Positions 40,574-50,719 of a stretch of 64,000 nt of DNA are shown piece after piece. The DNA lies in IMG/VR virus record IMGVR_UViG_3300042448_000816, positions 48,371-112,370 of that record. The stretch is one strand, 5' to 3'. Source of the DNA: a virus. Within the stretch, counting starts at the first letter, position 1. The number at the start of each line of letters is the position of its first letter. The position numbers and the translations under genes were made by a program. The notes beneath the pieces were generated by a model. The model did no database searches, was not told the DNA's origin, and saw nothing but the letters and a program-made list of their open reading frames with translations.

Positions 40574-41923
40574 TTACGAGATATTGTTAGCTGCTTGTGT
40601 CAAGAATTTTTCTAAATCTTCTGGAGTTCCTAAGCCATACATGGTATCTACAAACATTGGTAAAATTCTTTTATTATCTTGAATTGCTTCGTTGTACACT
40701 GGACAGATATAGAATTCATTATTTACCCTGATATTTTTATCAATCATCTGCTCTGCATATTTTACGTAGTCGGAGCCCTTTGCCCAACCATATATCCCAG
40801 TACTTGCATTATTGCTTATAACCACCTTTTCTGCAACTCCAATAATCCTATTGTTTTGAATTTTTGCATAAGACCACTTATTTTCATTAGCTAAAAACAG
40901 GGCCATGTTTCCGTCACAACCTAGTTCAAGTAGCTGGGACATAAACTCTGAGCTATCCCAATCTAAAATTTGATCGGAGTTTGCGATGATTAATGGTTTA
41001 GAATTATCAATATGTTCTTTTGCAAGAAGTGCCGTTCTTGCTGCACCATCTGTTACTCCATCTATCTGAATAATTTTACAACCAGGAACAAGTTTTGTGA
41101 GAGCAAGCTCAAGACTGTACTTTTCATAATGCTCAGCTTGAACAATAAAAATATATTTTCCAGGAATACCGATGTTTTCAACTACTCTTTGAATCATTGG
41201 TTTGCCATCAACATCAATTAGTGGTTTGGGGTCTTTATATCCAGCATTAAAAAATCTAGAGCCGTTTCCTGCCATTGGTATTAATATATTTGGAAAACTA
41301 TTAGGGGTTAAAAACTCTATTGCTTTAGATATATAAGATAGCGAAATATCTTTTCTTTCTGTTACTGGAAACAGTTTTGCCAAAGACGCTTTAGCTGCTG
41401 CTAGGCCTATTTCGCTGTCTTCAAAGATTATGGTTGTTTCTGCAGAAGATCCTAGCAAAGACATCATTATTTTATAAATTTCTGGATTTGGCTTTGGATT
41501 AGACACATCTTCGTTGCTAAGAGCGTAATCTATAAATTCATAAACCCCCAAACTTTTTAAAGATCCAACAACCGTTTCTCTTATGGCATTACTTGCAACA
41601 CCGATTTTAATATTAAACGATTTTATAAGTTTAAAAATGTTTATCAGGTCTTCATCTTTTTCAAATACCTGAAACATTTTTGATGAGTAAATTTGCTTCT
41701 TTTCCCAAATAACATTATGAAGCTCTTTCGGTAACCCCTTAGAGTATGAAAGAATATCTAGTTTTGCTTTTGTGCTAAGGCCCTCATAGGTCAAAGCCTG
41801 TTCTTCTTTAGATATTGCATATGAGCTATCTATTTCAGATAGAGCAAGATTCAGGGCATCAAAGTGAATCTCTTTACTATCTATCAGCACCCCATCTAAG
41901 TCAAAAATAAAAGCATTATTCAT
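40574..41923 (-). CDS. HAD phosphatase fused to a nucleotidyltransferase
   Basis: FDLDGVL, KPNPEIY, FEDS (HAD); IPMAGNGSRF, PKPLI, LGTPEDL (NTP transferase); start re-assigned to 41923. Confidence 0.85.
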   Translation of the reverse strand: MNNAFIFDLDGVLIDSKEIHFDALNLALSEIDSSYAISKEEQALTYEGLSTKAKLDILSYSKGLPKELHNVIWEKKQIYSSKMFQVFEKDEDLINIFKLIKSFNIKIGVASNAIRETVVGSLKSLGVYEFIDYALSNEDVSNPKPNPEIYKIMMSLLGSSAETTIIFEDSEIGLAAAKASLAKLFPVTERKDISLSYISKAIEFLTPNSFPNILIPMAGNGSRFFNAGYKDPKPLIDVDGKPMIQRVVENIGIPGKYIFIVQAEHYEKYSLELALTKLVPGCKIIQIDGVTDGAARTALLAKEHIDNSKPLIIANSDQILDWDSSEFMSQLLELGCDGNMALFLANENKWSYAKIQNNRIIGVAEKVVISNNASTGIYGWAKGSDYVKYAEQMIDKNIRVNNEFYICPVYNEAIQDNKRILPMFVDTMYGLGTPEDLEKFLTQAANNIS

Positions 41924-43013
41924 CTGACCTGTCCAAAAAAGTTTTAATTCTATGGTCTTTTTCAATTTTGTCTTTCAAAACCTCAAAGCTTCTTTCATTA
42001 TTATGAATTCCAAAATAGGTGTGATCTTTGTAAAATGCTAAATTTTTGTAAAAGTTATGAAGCTCTTGTGTGTAATAGGGATCTGTTATATCTTTTGCAC
42101 GTCCAGGAACCCCAACTGGAACTACTAATGGCGTAATAATTTCAATAAGTGTTTGTCCTGATTGCATAAAAGCCGCATTGGCCAAACCAGATCCAGTTAT
42201 TGACGCTAAAACTTTTGTTTCATAAAAAAGATCTAGCTGTTCTTGAAAAGATCCAAGCTCTTCTGTTTTTACAATTTCGTAACCCATGGACTCAAATAGA
42301 CTGTCTAGTTTTTCGTGGTCATCCATTCTATCGTCGTTAGAATGAGACAGTGTTGGTGCATTATAGTCTCTTCCAGCTGTTAAAGCTCTACTAATAAAAA
42401 CTTTTCTAGTAGGCTTGGCTTTTGGGTTAGAAAGTCGCATCTTAAAAAAATCATAAACTAGGCTTGCTTTTCTAATTGACTCAAGCTCGTATCCTACTAT
42501 CCTAAAATTATTTATATAAATAATGTCGTACTTCTTTAAATTAACAATCCTATATTTTATTTTTTTCATTTTTAGGGTTTCTAAAAAATACAAAAACACA
42601 TTGTGATATAGAAATCCTTTAGAGGGATCTGTTTTAAGAGATTCTTGCGTTTCACTAACATCAATAACTAGTTCGTGTTTTGGATATGACTCTAGTGCAT
42701 AGATAACTTCCGACATGTTGTCTAACAATGAGTGATAAAAACTATTTACCATGGATACAACTAGCTTATTTTTATTGCTTAAGATATTTAAAGTTTTTTT
42801 GGAGCTTGAGTCTATATACCCAGGAATCATGTTTACGTCTGGCAAAAAATAAAAAAGATCATCGCTTGTTTCAGCAACGATGTTTCTTACTGTATAGACT
42901 CCTTCATAATAATCTAGCCTGTCATACTGCTCCATATCGGACATCTCTATGGTTTTAACAATATTATTTCTTTTTCTTAAGAAAAAACTGAAAGGGTATT
43001 TCATTTTAATCAA
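41916..43013 (-). CDS. Glycosyltransferase family 61-like
   Basis: FYHSLLD, KVFISR, EQLDLF, TGSGLANAAFM; start may be 43004. Confidence 0.8.
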   Translation of the reverse strand: MIKMKYPFSFFLRKRNNIVKTIEMSDMEQYDRLDYYEGVYTVRNIVAETSDDLFYFLPDVNMIPGYIDSSSKKTLNILSNKNKLVVSMVNSFYHSLLDNMSEVIYALESYPKHELVIDVSETQESLKTDPSKGFLYHNVFLYFLETLKMKKIKYRIVNLKKYDIIYINNFRIVGYELESIRKASLVYDFFKMRLSNPKAKPTRKVFISRALTAGRDYNAPTLSHSNDDRMDDHEKLDSLFESMGYEIVKTEELGSFQEQLDLFYETKVLASITGSGLANAAFMQSGQTLIEIITPLVVPVGVPGRAKDITDPYYTQELHNFYKNLAFYKDHTYFGIHNNERSFEVLKDKIEKDHRIKTFLDRSDE

Positions 43014-43347
43014 TATTTTCTTTAAGCAATCTGGTCAGGGTTTCTATAAATTCCTGACTTCCTAAACAAAATGGTATACCTTTTGTTTTCCAAAAAACGT
43101 TAATTTTGTTGCCGACGCAAAAGGACAAGAACCAAGACAAAAACTCTGAATCAAATTGTGTATCGTCCATTTCGTTTGCTTGTAAATATCCAAAACCATC
43201 TGCGTCTTCTAGAGAAATAAAGGCTTTGATTAGCGAAGGTTTAAAGTGTTCTGGGACAGCCTGATCTATTTGCCAAAAACAAAAGGTTTTTGGTCCTAGC
43301 TTGCATTCTGGACATTCTCCACAAATTCTTTTTTTCTTTTTTGCCAT
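43006..43347 (-). CDS. Hypothetical Cys-motif protein
   Basis: RICGECPEC; start re-assigned to ATG 43347 (TAATG overlap). Confidence 0.55.
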   Translation of the reverse strand: MAKKKKRICGECPECKLGPKTFCFWQIDQAVPEHFKPSLIKAFISLEDADGFGYLQANEMDDTQFDSEFLSWFLSFCVGNKINVFWKTKGIPFCLGSQEFIETLTRLLKENID

Positions 43348-44000
43348 TAAGAATACTTCTTTCTTGTCCAAAAATGTTTCTTGTAATAGTTAAATGGAGG
43401 ATTGTGCATTGTATGCGTAAAAGATGGACGTTGATAGTTTAAAGAATCTTCTACACTTGAGGACCAGTCTTCTCTTTTAACTGGTATGGCTTGAGCAATT
43501 GGTGTTCCTGCTGGGATAATGCCAACAAAGTCTTTCTTAATTAAAAATGGAAAGTTTACCTCAAGTGGAAAATTGTCAGTATCTACAAGTCCAGAAAAAC
43601 TGTAAAATGGCAAATCAATTCTGTTTATTGGGTGAACAAATAGTGTGCTGTAGCCCTTTGGTGTTTTTAGCACAAAAGAATTTATCCATTTATAAACAGT
43701 ATTGTGATACTCTGGGGTAATTTTTAAATTAGCTATTTGAGGGTCTGCGTGTGATTCAATAACGTGGCTTATGGCTATATCCTGAGCAACCCCTCTGTTA
43801 AAAAATACATCTGCGGCAAGCGTAAGTGTGTATCCTGCGGTCATGGAGTCAAGAAGTGGAACACATTTTTTTAAAGTTTCCATTCCTTCTACAAATGGCT
43901 TAGATGTTCTATACCATTCTGGAATAGCCTTGTACGCTGGAACTGGATGTGGGATGTTTAAGTCTGGATGAACTGACCTAAAGCTAATCTTCTTTTTCAT
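43347..44000 (-). CDS. DUF6065-like / dUTPase-like fold protein
   Basis: P.WY...KKC.P.LD...GY; TP.GYS.LF.HP.NR; GLVDTD; GTPIAQ.IP.KR. Confidence 0.6.
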   Translation of the reverse strand: MKKKISFRSVHPDLNIPHPVPAYKAIPEWYRTSKPFVEGMETLKKCVPLLDSMTAGYTLTLAADVFFNRGVAQDIAISHVIESHADPQIANLKITPEYHNTVYKWINSFVLKTPKGYSTLFVHPINRIDLPFYSFSGLVDTDNFPLEVNFPFLIKKDFVGIIPAGTPIAQAIPVKREDWSSSVEDSLNYQRPSFTHTMHNPPFNYYKKHFWTRKKYS

Positions 44001-44364
44001 TTTGCACCTTTGGATAAAACTTTCTTTTATTGTACCACATACCCTTTTTTACAAGTTGAGCTTTTGGATCATACGGTACTAGCTTTACGTTTTTGCTTAA
44101 AATTTGATCTGCAGTTTCTTTATTAATCCTAATTAGCTCAAGGACAATACCTTCTTTATTAATTAAGGCTATGTATTGCAATGGTAAACCTTTTAATCTA
44201 TCGTCCTCTAGAGTCCAGGTGGCTCCTTCTGGAATTACTGGCTCCTTGCCTCTTTGCAAGTTAAACAACTTTACTCTTAAAATTTCTAACAAAAAACTTT
44301 TAATGGTTGGCCTATGCTCATTTAAAAGATTTTCATAAATTTCTTTTTTAGTTTTTTTTCTCAT
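43984..44364 (-). CDS. Hypothetical protein, possible fibre assembly chaperone
   Basis: YIALI...G.V...LS...V...V..GMWY pattern loosely like 55969..56238. Confidence 0.5.
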   Translation of the reverse strand: MRKKTKKEIYENLLNEHRPTIKSFLLEILRVKLFNLQRGKEPVIPEGATWTLEDDRLKGLPLQYIALINKEGIVLELIRINKETADQILSKNVKLVPYDPKAQLVKKGMWYNKRKFYPKVQNEKED

Positions 44365-44365
44365 T

Positions 44366-45055
44366 TTAATTATAATCTTTTCTTATCCAAAACAACTTTT
44401 TGTAGCTTTTTCCTGGAGTTCTTACAGTGGCACCTTGTAGGGTATCTAGATAAGCAATACCCTGGTCATTCTGAATAGACTTCCAAGATTTTCTTTTTAT
44501 TGGCAATAGTTGTGCAAATGGTGTCCCTGCTGGAACCATTCCCTCAAAATCTTCCCTAACAAAAAATGGAACATTTCCGCTAGTTGAGTATTTGTCTGTA
44601 TCCATTATACCAGAGGTGATAGTCCACGGCAAGTCAAATCTGTTTAGTGGCTGAACCACTAGCATGCTCCACCCTCTAGGAGTTTTCATACCCCAGAATC
44701 CTCTAAATGCTAAATGATTTGGATAATGACCAGCTGGCCTAGGAATTTTTTCCCCTAGATCTTTTCCTCTTTCAGCTATAAAATCTTCCAGGTCTTCTAT
44801 GGAGTTCCATCTAATGTTTAGTGAACCATCTTCGTTTTTTGAAATAAAGATATCTACTGGAGTTACCAACATGTATCCGCTAATCATTGAATCTAAAAAC
44901 GGAATGCATCTTTTAAGCCCAGAGTGCTCTTCTCCATTTTCGTCTATGGTTACTGTCTCAGAATCCTTATACCACTTTGGCAAAAACTTTTTTGCTGGCT
45001 GAGGCTGTCCCAGTCCCATATACTGTTTTTGTGAAAAAAATCTTATAATTTTCAT
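44366..45055 (-). CDS. DUF6065-like / dUTPase-like fold protein (paralogue of 43347..44000)
   Basis: PKWY...KRCIPFLD...GY; GIMDTD; GTPFAQLLPIKR. Confidence 0.6.
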   Translation of the reverse strand: MKIIRFFSQKQYMGLGQPQPAKKFLPKWYKDSETVTIDENGEEHSGLKRCIPFLDSMISGYMLVTPVDIFISKNEDGSLNIRWNSIEDLEDFIAERGKDLGEKIPRPAGHYPNHLAFRGFWGMKTPRGWSMLVVQPLNRFDLPWTITSGIMDTDKYSTSGNVPFFVREDFEGMVPAGTPFAQLLPIKRKSWKSIQNDQGIAYLDTLQGATVRTPGKSYKKLFWIRKDYN

Positions 45056-45056
45056 T

Positions 45057-46631
45057 CTAGTCTCTCTCTATTTTTACAGAGCTTCCAATCTCGCTATTTG
45101 TGTATTCTGCTTTTGATATTGATATTCCGTATCTTGTATTTATTATAACACCTGTGGCATTGTAAATCAAGTCGTCTCCAATTTGAGTAATTGGGGTTAT
45201 GTCTGAAAAGGCTTTAGCCGTAATTTGATTTCCAGAAGTTTGAACAATAATAGATTTAATTGTTTGTGCAGTAGAGACTATTGCGGAAGAAATCTCTGAC
45301 ACAGTATCGCTTACTGACTGAGAGATTCTTAGAATAGCTGAATAGGCAAAACTTTCTGGAACAAAAGTAGAGCTATAAGATATTGCAGAAGTATAGGATG
45401 TTCCAGCTGTATAAGTTGTAAGGCTAGAAAAAACAAGATCTGCAAAATAATTTGTAGAAGAAGAAAAGTTTGAAGCACTTGAATATGGTGTGGCAGAGCT
45501 AAAAGGTGTAGTAGATGAAAATGCAATTGCTGATGAGAATGCCCCACCCTCACTAGTGTAAAATGTATCAGAAAAATAGTTTGGTACACCAGCTGTGTAT
45601 ACTGTTGTTCCTGCAGAATAAGTTGGTGCTGCTGAGGTGTAAACTGTTGTATCTTGGAAATAAGCTATTGCGGAAGTCCAGGATTGAGATGCGGTAACAC
45701 CATTAATAACTGAGGTCCAGGTTTGAGATAAGTTCCAAAAATCCTGTCTAGACCAAACGTTTCCAAGTGCTGAGAACCAAGTCGTGGACTGAGTAAACGG
45801 ACTTGCAGTATATGCTACTGGGCTTGCTCTTCTTGTCCACCTTCTTGTGTAGTTGGTGTTTGCGTTCCATGTGCTAGGACTTCTTGTATAAGGAGACCAC
45901 CTGTTATATGAATTTGCTAAAGTAAAATTAGCAAATGAAGTATAAGCATTATTTTGACTAAAATAATTTGTTACACTTGTATATGGAGTAGCTACAGAAA
46001 AAACTTGAGCACTAGAAAAAGGTTGCAGGCTAGTAAACGGTGTGCTTGATGAAAATGTTGGGGTAGAAGAAAAGTTATCTAAAGAAGATGTATAGTTTGT
46101 AGCTCCAGCACTATAGCTTGTTAATCCAGCAGAGTATTCTGCTGGTAAAGATGAGTAAGTTGGAATTCCTACAGAATACACATCAGCAGCAGTAAAACCT
46201 GCCTCTGAAGAACTATACATGGTTTCCATGGTATAGTTAGCCTGACCGCTAAATGTTGCTGGTGCAGAGGTGTAGTTGGTAGCTGCTGGAATAGTGTTAT
46301 ACGCTGAATCTACAGATACCATCCACCAGTCAGCACTTGTCTGTACCCATAAAGCTACTCCAGAGCCTATTTCTGTATCTTCTAGAGTAATAATATTATT
46401 TTGTGTTGGCATGTTTATAACTGCGATTGGGTATTCGCTACCGTCGTCAGATGGCTGGGGTACGTAGTTAGCCACAGCCTTGCCACTTTGAACTTCAATT
46501 ACTTTTGAGACAGCTTCCCACTGGCTACCGTCGCTAGCTGTGCCCAAAGATCCAGTGGTATTAGATCTAGAAGAAAATATATCTATAAATCTTTTTCTTA
46601 CAGAAGAAAGTGATGAAGAGAATAGACCCAT
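45057..46631 (-). CDS. Putative fibre tip protein with a ~300-aa aromatic/Ser/Thr repeat insert
   Basis: Start re-assigned to ATG 46631 (TAATG overlap); [YFW][ST]x repeats with 6-7 aa period. Confidence 0.75.
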   Translation of the reverse strand: MGLFSSSLSSVRKRFIDIFSSRSNTTGSLGTASDGSQWEAVSKVIEVQSGKAVANYVPQPSDDGSEYPIAVINMPTQNNIITLEDTEIGSGVALWVQTSADWWMVSVDSAYNTIPAATNYTSAPATFSGQANYTMETMYSSSEAGFTAADVYSVGIPTYSSLPAEYSAGLTSYSAGATNYTSSLDNFSSTPTFSSSTPFTSLQPFSSAQVFSVATPYTSVTNYFSQNNAYTSFANFTLANSYNRWSPYTRSPSTWNANTNYTRRWTRRASPVAYTASPFTQSTTWFSALGNVWSRQDFWNLSQTWTSVINGVTASQSWTSAIAYFQDTTVYTSAAPTYSAGTTVYTAGVPNYFSDTFYTSEGGAFSSAIAFSSTTPFSSATPYSSASNFSSSTNYFADLVFSSLTTYTAGTSYTSAISYSSTFVPESFAYSAILRISQSVSDTVSEISSAIVSTAQTIKSIIVQTSGNQITAKAFSDITPITQIGDDLIYNATGVIINTRYGISISKAEYTNSEIGSSVKIERD

Positions 46632-47710
46632 TATGTCAGGTCTCCTACTAGAACCCAAAGGTCTGAAGATCTCTTAATTAGTGACGCAGAAGACCATCTT
46701 GCACGTAGTCTTGGACCTGGGGTAGCGTTTACGGTCACCCCTGAACTACCCTGAATGTCTACATTTCCAACATCAGTTCTTAGTATAGTTATCGTTGTTC
46801 CATTTTGAAAATTTTGAGAACTATCTGTAGGAACAGTTATAACAACTGGAACCGTAGTAGAAGAATTTGAAACTTCGATCAATGAACTTTTGTCTGCAAG
46901 AACCAGTGAATAATTTGCTGTTTTTTGAGAAATTGACACTACTGTTGGGGCATCTGCACCAGCTGCTCCTGTTGGTCCACGATCTCCAGTAATGCTAACT
47001 GGCATTGGAGATGTAATGCTTGCTAGTGTACCGCCAGTATTATCAAATAAAACAGTTATGTCAACGCTTGTTCCAGTGATAGAAAACACTAATCCATCTG
47101 CATAAATCAGTGGGTTTGATGGGGATATAATTCTTATTGGTGATCCAACGACTAGTGCGTCTACTTTGTTTACCGTTCCAGAAGCGGTAGAGGACGAATA
47201 CGAGGAAAGAGTAAAGGTTATACCAGCATACCCTAGTCCAGCTGTTCCTGTGGCTCCTGTGGGGCCCGTAGGGCCTGTGGGACCTGGAACAGTAGAGTCG
47301 TCGCCCCTTACTCCAGTGGGGCCAGTTGGCCCAGTTGGACCCTGAATTTGTCCAACGTTATTCCATTCTGTTCCATCCCAGATGTATAGGTCTCCGCCAA
47401 TAAGGTAAGCATCATTAATGTTTACCCCTGGGTCTGGCAATAAACCAGCATTTGCCAAAGTTCCAAGAATAGAGATACCAGATCCGTCTACACCAGGAGG
47501 GCCCGTTGGTCCTGTTGGTCCCGTAAATCCTGTAGATCCAGTTGGTCCCGTAGGGCCTGGCACTGTTGATGTTGCACCTGTTGGTCCCTGTGGACCACTA
47601 GAAACAGATCCAAAAATTTCCCAAACAACGCCAGTCCATATCCAGGCTTTGCCTGAAATTATAAACTTGTCGCCAATATCTGGGGAATTTGGAAAGTCTA
47701 GTGCTGTCAT
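46631..47710 (-). CDS. Collagen-like tail fibre
   Basis: ALDFP.SP..G...W.WTG..W N-terminus, (GPT)n, C-terminal WVLVGDLT. Confidence 0.8.
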   Translation of the reverse strand: MTALDFPNSPDIGDKFIISGKAWIWTGVVWEIFGSVSSGPQGPTGATSTVPGPTGPTGSTGFTGPTGPTGPPGVDGSGISILGTLANAGLLPDPGVNINDAYLIGGDLYIWDGTEWNNVGQIQGPTGPTGPTGVRGDDSTVPGPTGPTGPTGATGTAGLGYAGITFTLSSYSSSTASGTVNKVDALVVGSPIRIISPSNPLIYADGLVFSITGTSVDITVLFDNTGGTLASITSPMPVSITGDRGPTGAAGADAPTVVSISQKTANYSLVLADKSSLIEVSNSSTTVPVVITVPTDSSQNFQNGTTITILRTDVGNVDIQGSSGVTVNATPGPRLRARWSSASLIKRSSDLWVLVGDLT

Positions 47711-47713
47711 GAT

Positions 47714-50700
47714 TTACGCTTGAGCCTCTGTCCAAGAAATTCTACCAACTAGCGTAGCTGCTTCAGTTCCTACGTTTGATGCAACAATTGTCAAAACATC
47801 TGGACCATCTGGATAAATTTCTGCATTCACTGCATTACTTCCTCCACCAAGAATAGAGTTTCCAAGGTCACGAAGCTGATTAAGATCTAGTGTATTTGTT
47901 CCTTCTACGAAGAATCCAGCAACAACCTCTCCACCAAAAATTGGAATATCTACACCAGAGTAGTCTGCAATTTGTGCTAGAGATGAGTTAGCCTGACCAC
48001 CAACGTTTCCAGTAGCGTCTGTCCAAGTTCTAGTAGTAGCTGGCGTTCCATTTAGAATTGCTCGTATCAAAATTCTTGATGGGACTACTGAGGCAGACAC
48101 ATTTGATCTAGCCAAAATACCTAAGCTTCTAAGAACAAGCTGCATCCTATTAACAATTTCTCTACCTCCAAACTCTGTAATCTGTCCGTTATCTACAGAT
48201 GGGCCAAGCCTAATTGAAAACAAAGCTCTTGAATCATTTATTGGTACTGTTACTGCTTGTCTTTGTCCGTAGGTAAAAACCAAGGATTTGTCATCGTCAA
48301 AACGACCATCCATGATTACAGAAGTTCCCCAGTGAGAAACTGTTGGAGAAAATTCTGGATAGGCTATCTCTACAATTACTGGAGCAGCTGCAGAGTATGT
48401 AAAAGTTTGTGGTGTTGATGCCATAGGGGCAAATACTACGGTTGGATTTGTAGACGTCACAGCTCGGCTAAAGGTTATTTGACTTCCACTTATTCCTGTA
48501 ACAAAAGTTCCATCTTGGAATGATGTAGAAATAACTCTTTGACCTATCTGAACATTAGTTAGGTCTCCAATGTTAGCTACTGTTCCAGTGTTTGAACCAG
48601 ACGCAATCGTCAAAGCAACTGAAGCATTACCACTTTTTGCACGTGTAATTCCTGCAAAAGTTGTTGATGTTTTGCTTGAATAGTTTACAAACTCAATCTT
48701 TGAACCATCTCTAATACACAATGTTCCAGAGCTCTTAAACTTTGAAGTGTCTGCTACTGTAAGTGTGGTTGCGGAATCTGAAAATGTAGCAGTCATTTTT
48801 GTATAAACTGGAATAGTGTTTACTTCATATCTTCCTGGCAAGTTACCAGAACGCATGTAAGCTTCTAGGTTTATATTGTTGTTTTCAACCTTGTGGACAT
48901 AAGTAATGTCTCCATTTGCTCCACGAACACCCCATCGAATAGATCCTGCCCCATACCATGAGTAATCAATGTAGAACATTTGCATTCTATTTAAGTCTAT
49001 ATCATATCCAGAAAATCCTGTTCCATCCATCTTGTCAATATTCCACTCGGACTGAGGGAAGCGACGCTCAAAGGTTTTTGAAACAATTACGCTGCCAGAT
49101 GTGAATCCTCTATAAGATGGGGATATGGTTAGGCTTGTATCGCTTTCAACGCTTAGAACCTTGTATGACTGCCCTCGAATAACTACATAATCACCTGGAT
49201 CTACTTGATTATTAAAGCTGGTTGGGAAGTCTGTACTTGTTTGTGATATTACGTTAGATCCCTTAGTTGCAGTAACTCTTCCAGACAATTGGAAGGTAGA
49301 GTTTCTTATAACAGCAAAAAGAGTAGAACCATCATATTCAAAAAATACACCATTTTGCTCATCAAAGAGGCCTAGCCTAGCTACAGCACCAGACCACTCG
49401 GACACAGTCATATAGAATCTACCAGATGCTTTTGCTGGCAACGGTACCGCTGTGGTTACCTGTATTCTGTTGTAAGACAGTACGGTAGTAACAGTATAAG
49501 TTCCATTATATTCTGCTGGAGTGGCATTAATAATATTTATTTGTGCACCAGGAAGTAGGTTGTGAGACTCTTTTGTTTGAATGGTAATAGTAGAATCATT
49601 ACATGACAGTTCGTCTAGCTGAAAAGATGGCTTTAGCAAACTTCCAGAAGACCACATAAGGCCTTTTCCAGACTGATACCTAAAGTAACGACGTGTCTGT
49701 CTAATAGCTTGCTGATTATTTGAATTACTGTTGGTTGAAAATATCATACCGCCGTCAAATGGTCTGTGGGCAAATGTTCCCTGTGGTCTAGCAAAAATGC
49801 TTGCAGAAGTAGCTGTTACTGTTCCAGTTGGTGCATCATCCACATAACACTTAAAGGATGTAGGGCTAGTAATTGTTGCAACTGTCCAGGCACCATTGGG
49901 GGCATGGGTAGAGGCAGTTGTTCCAGAAATTACAATTTCGTTTCCTAAAGCTAATCCATGAGGAACTGTTGTAGTTACAGTAACCAGTTTTCCAGAATAT
50001 GTTATTGTTGGAGCTAGACCAATTCTAGCACCAGTATATGGTGTTGCTGAGAACATTGTTGTTTTGTTACCATCAAAAATTTGAGTTATGGAACTTTTGT
50101 TTTCTGATTTAGCGTAGTAAGTAAACTGGTTAGTTCCTCCACCTGTCTCAATCGTAAAAGTACCGTCAGCATTTTTTAGCAGGGTGTCAGTGATTGTAAT
50201 AATGCTTCCATTTGGTGGAGCAAAGTTTGAAGTTACGTTTCCAGTTGCATCTGTAACTGTTGACGTGTTTGCATTAATAACTGCAAAAGTATTTGGAGTT
50301 GCTACTTCAACAATTTGATAGCTTCCATTATATGCAGCAGTAAGGTTTGTAATTGTACAATATTCTCCAATACTAAAACCGTGATCTACTGTTGTTGTAT
50401 ATGTTACATATCCTGGGGATGGAGTTGAAACTGTAACGGCATTAATTGACCTAGACGTTGTATTTAAGTTTACAGTAACGATTCTAGAGTCTACTGGCAT
50501 AGAAATATCGTTAAAGTTTTTAAATGGAATTGCAGAGTTAAAAGCAAAAGGTCGGTTGTTTGTCATTGCCAAGTTTTCCCACTTGGTTAGCTGGGCACCA
50601 TACTCAAAGTCGGTATCAATAAGAGACTGAGGCTGAGACACTCTAAGCCTAGCTACTGGATCTGTGAACTCCTCTTTCGGAGAAAACGCCTGATCAAAAT

Positions 50701-50719
50701 TTGACAAAAACTGTGTCAT
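47714..50719 (-). CDS. Large beta-rich virion protein
   Basis: RLRVSQPQSLIDTDFEYG; repeated T...HG...G..I.I....A.YNG.Y modules; RQTRRYFRYQSGKG; start re-assigned to 50719. Confidence 0.7.
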   Translation of the reverse strand: MTQFLSNFDQAFSPKEEFTDPVARLRVSQPQSLIDTDFEYGAQLTKWENLAMTNNRPFAFNSAIPFKNFNDISMPVDSRIVTVNLNTTSRSINAVTVSTPSPGYVTYTTTVDHGFSIGEYCTITNLTAAYNGSYQIVEVATPNTFAVINANTSTVTDATGNVTSNFAPPNGSIITITDTLLKNADGTFTIETGGGTNQFTYYAKSENKSSITQIFDGNKTTMFSATPYTGARIGLAPTITYSGKLVTVTTTVPHGLALGNEIVISGTTASTHAPNGAWTVATITSPTSFKCYVDDAPTGTVTATSASIFARPQGTFAHRPFDGGMIFSTNSNSNNQQAIRQTRRYFRYQSGKGLMWSSGSLLKPSFQLDELSCNDSTITIQTKESHNLLPGAQINIINATPAEYNGTYTVTTVLSYNRIQVTTAVPLPAKASGRFYMTVSEWSGAVARLGLFDEQNGVFFEYDGSTLFAVIRNSTFQLSGRVTATKGSNVISQTSTDFPTSFNNQVDPGDYVVIRGQSYKVLSVESDTSLTISPSYRGFTSGSVIVSKTFERRFPQSEWNIDKMDGTGFSGYDIDLNRMQMFYIDYSWYGAGSIRWGVRGANGDITYVHKVENNNINLEAYMRSGNLPGRYEVNTIPVYTKMTATFSDSATTLTVADTSKFKSSGTLCIRDGSKIEFVNYSSKTSTTFAGITRAKSGNASVALTIASGSNTGTVANIGDLTNVQIGQRVISTSFQDGTFVTGISGSQITFSRAVTSTNPTVVFAPMASTPQTFTYSAAAPVIVEIAYPEFSPTVSHWGTSVIMDGRFDDDKSLVFTYGQRQAVTVPINDSRALFSIRLGPSVDNGQITEFGGREIVNRMQLVLRSLGILARSNVSASVVPSRILIRAILNGTPATTRTWTDATGNVGGQANSSLAQIADYSGVDIPIFGGEVVAGFFVEGTNTLDLNQLRDLGNSILGGGSNAVNAEIYPDGPDVLTIVASNVGTEAATLVGRISWTEAQA

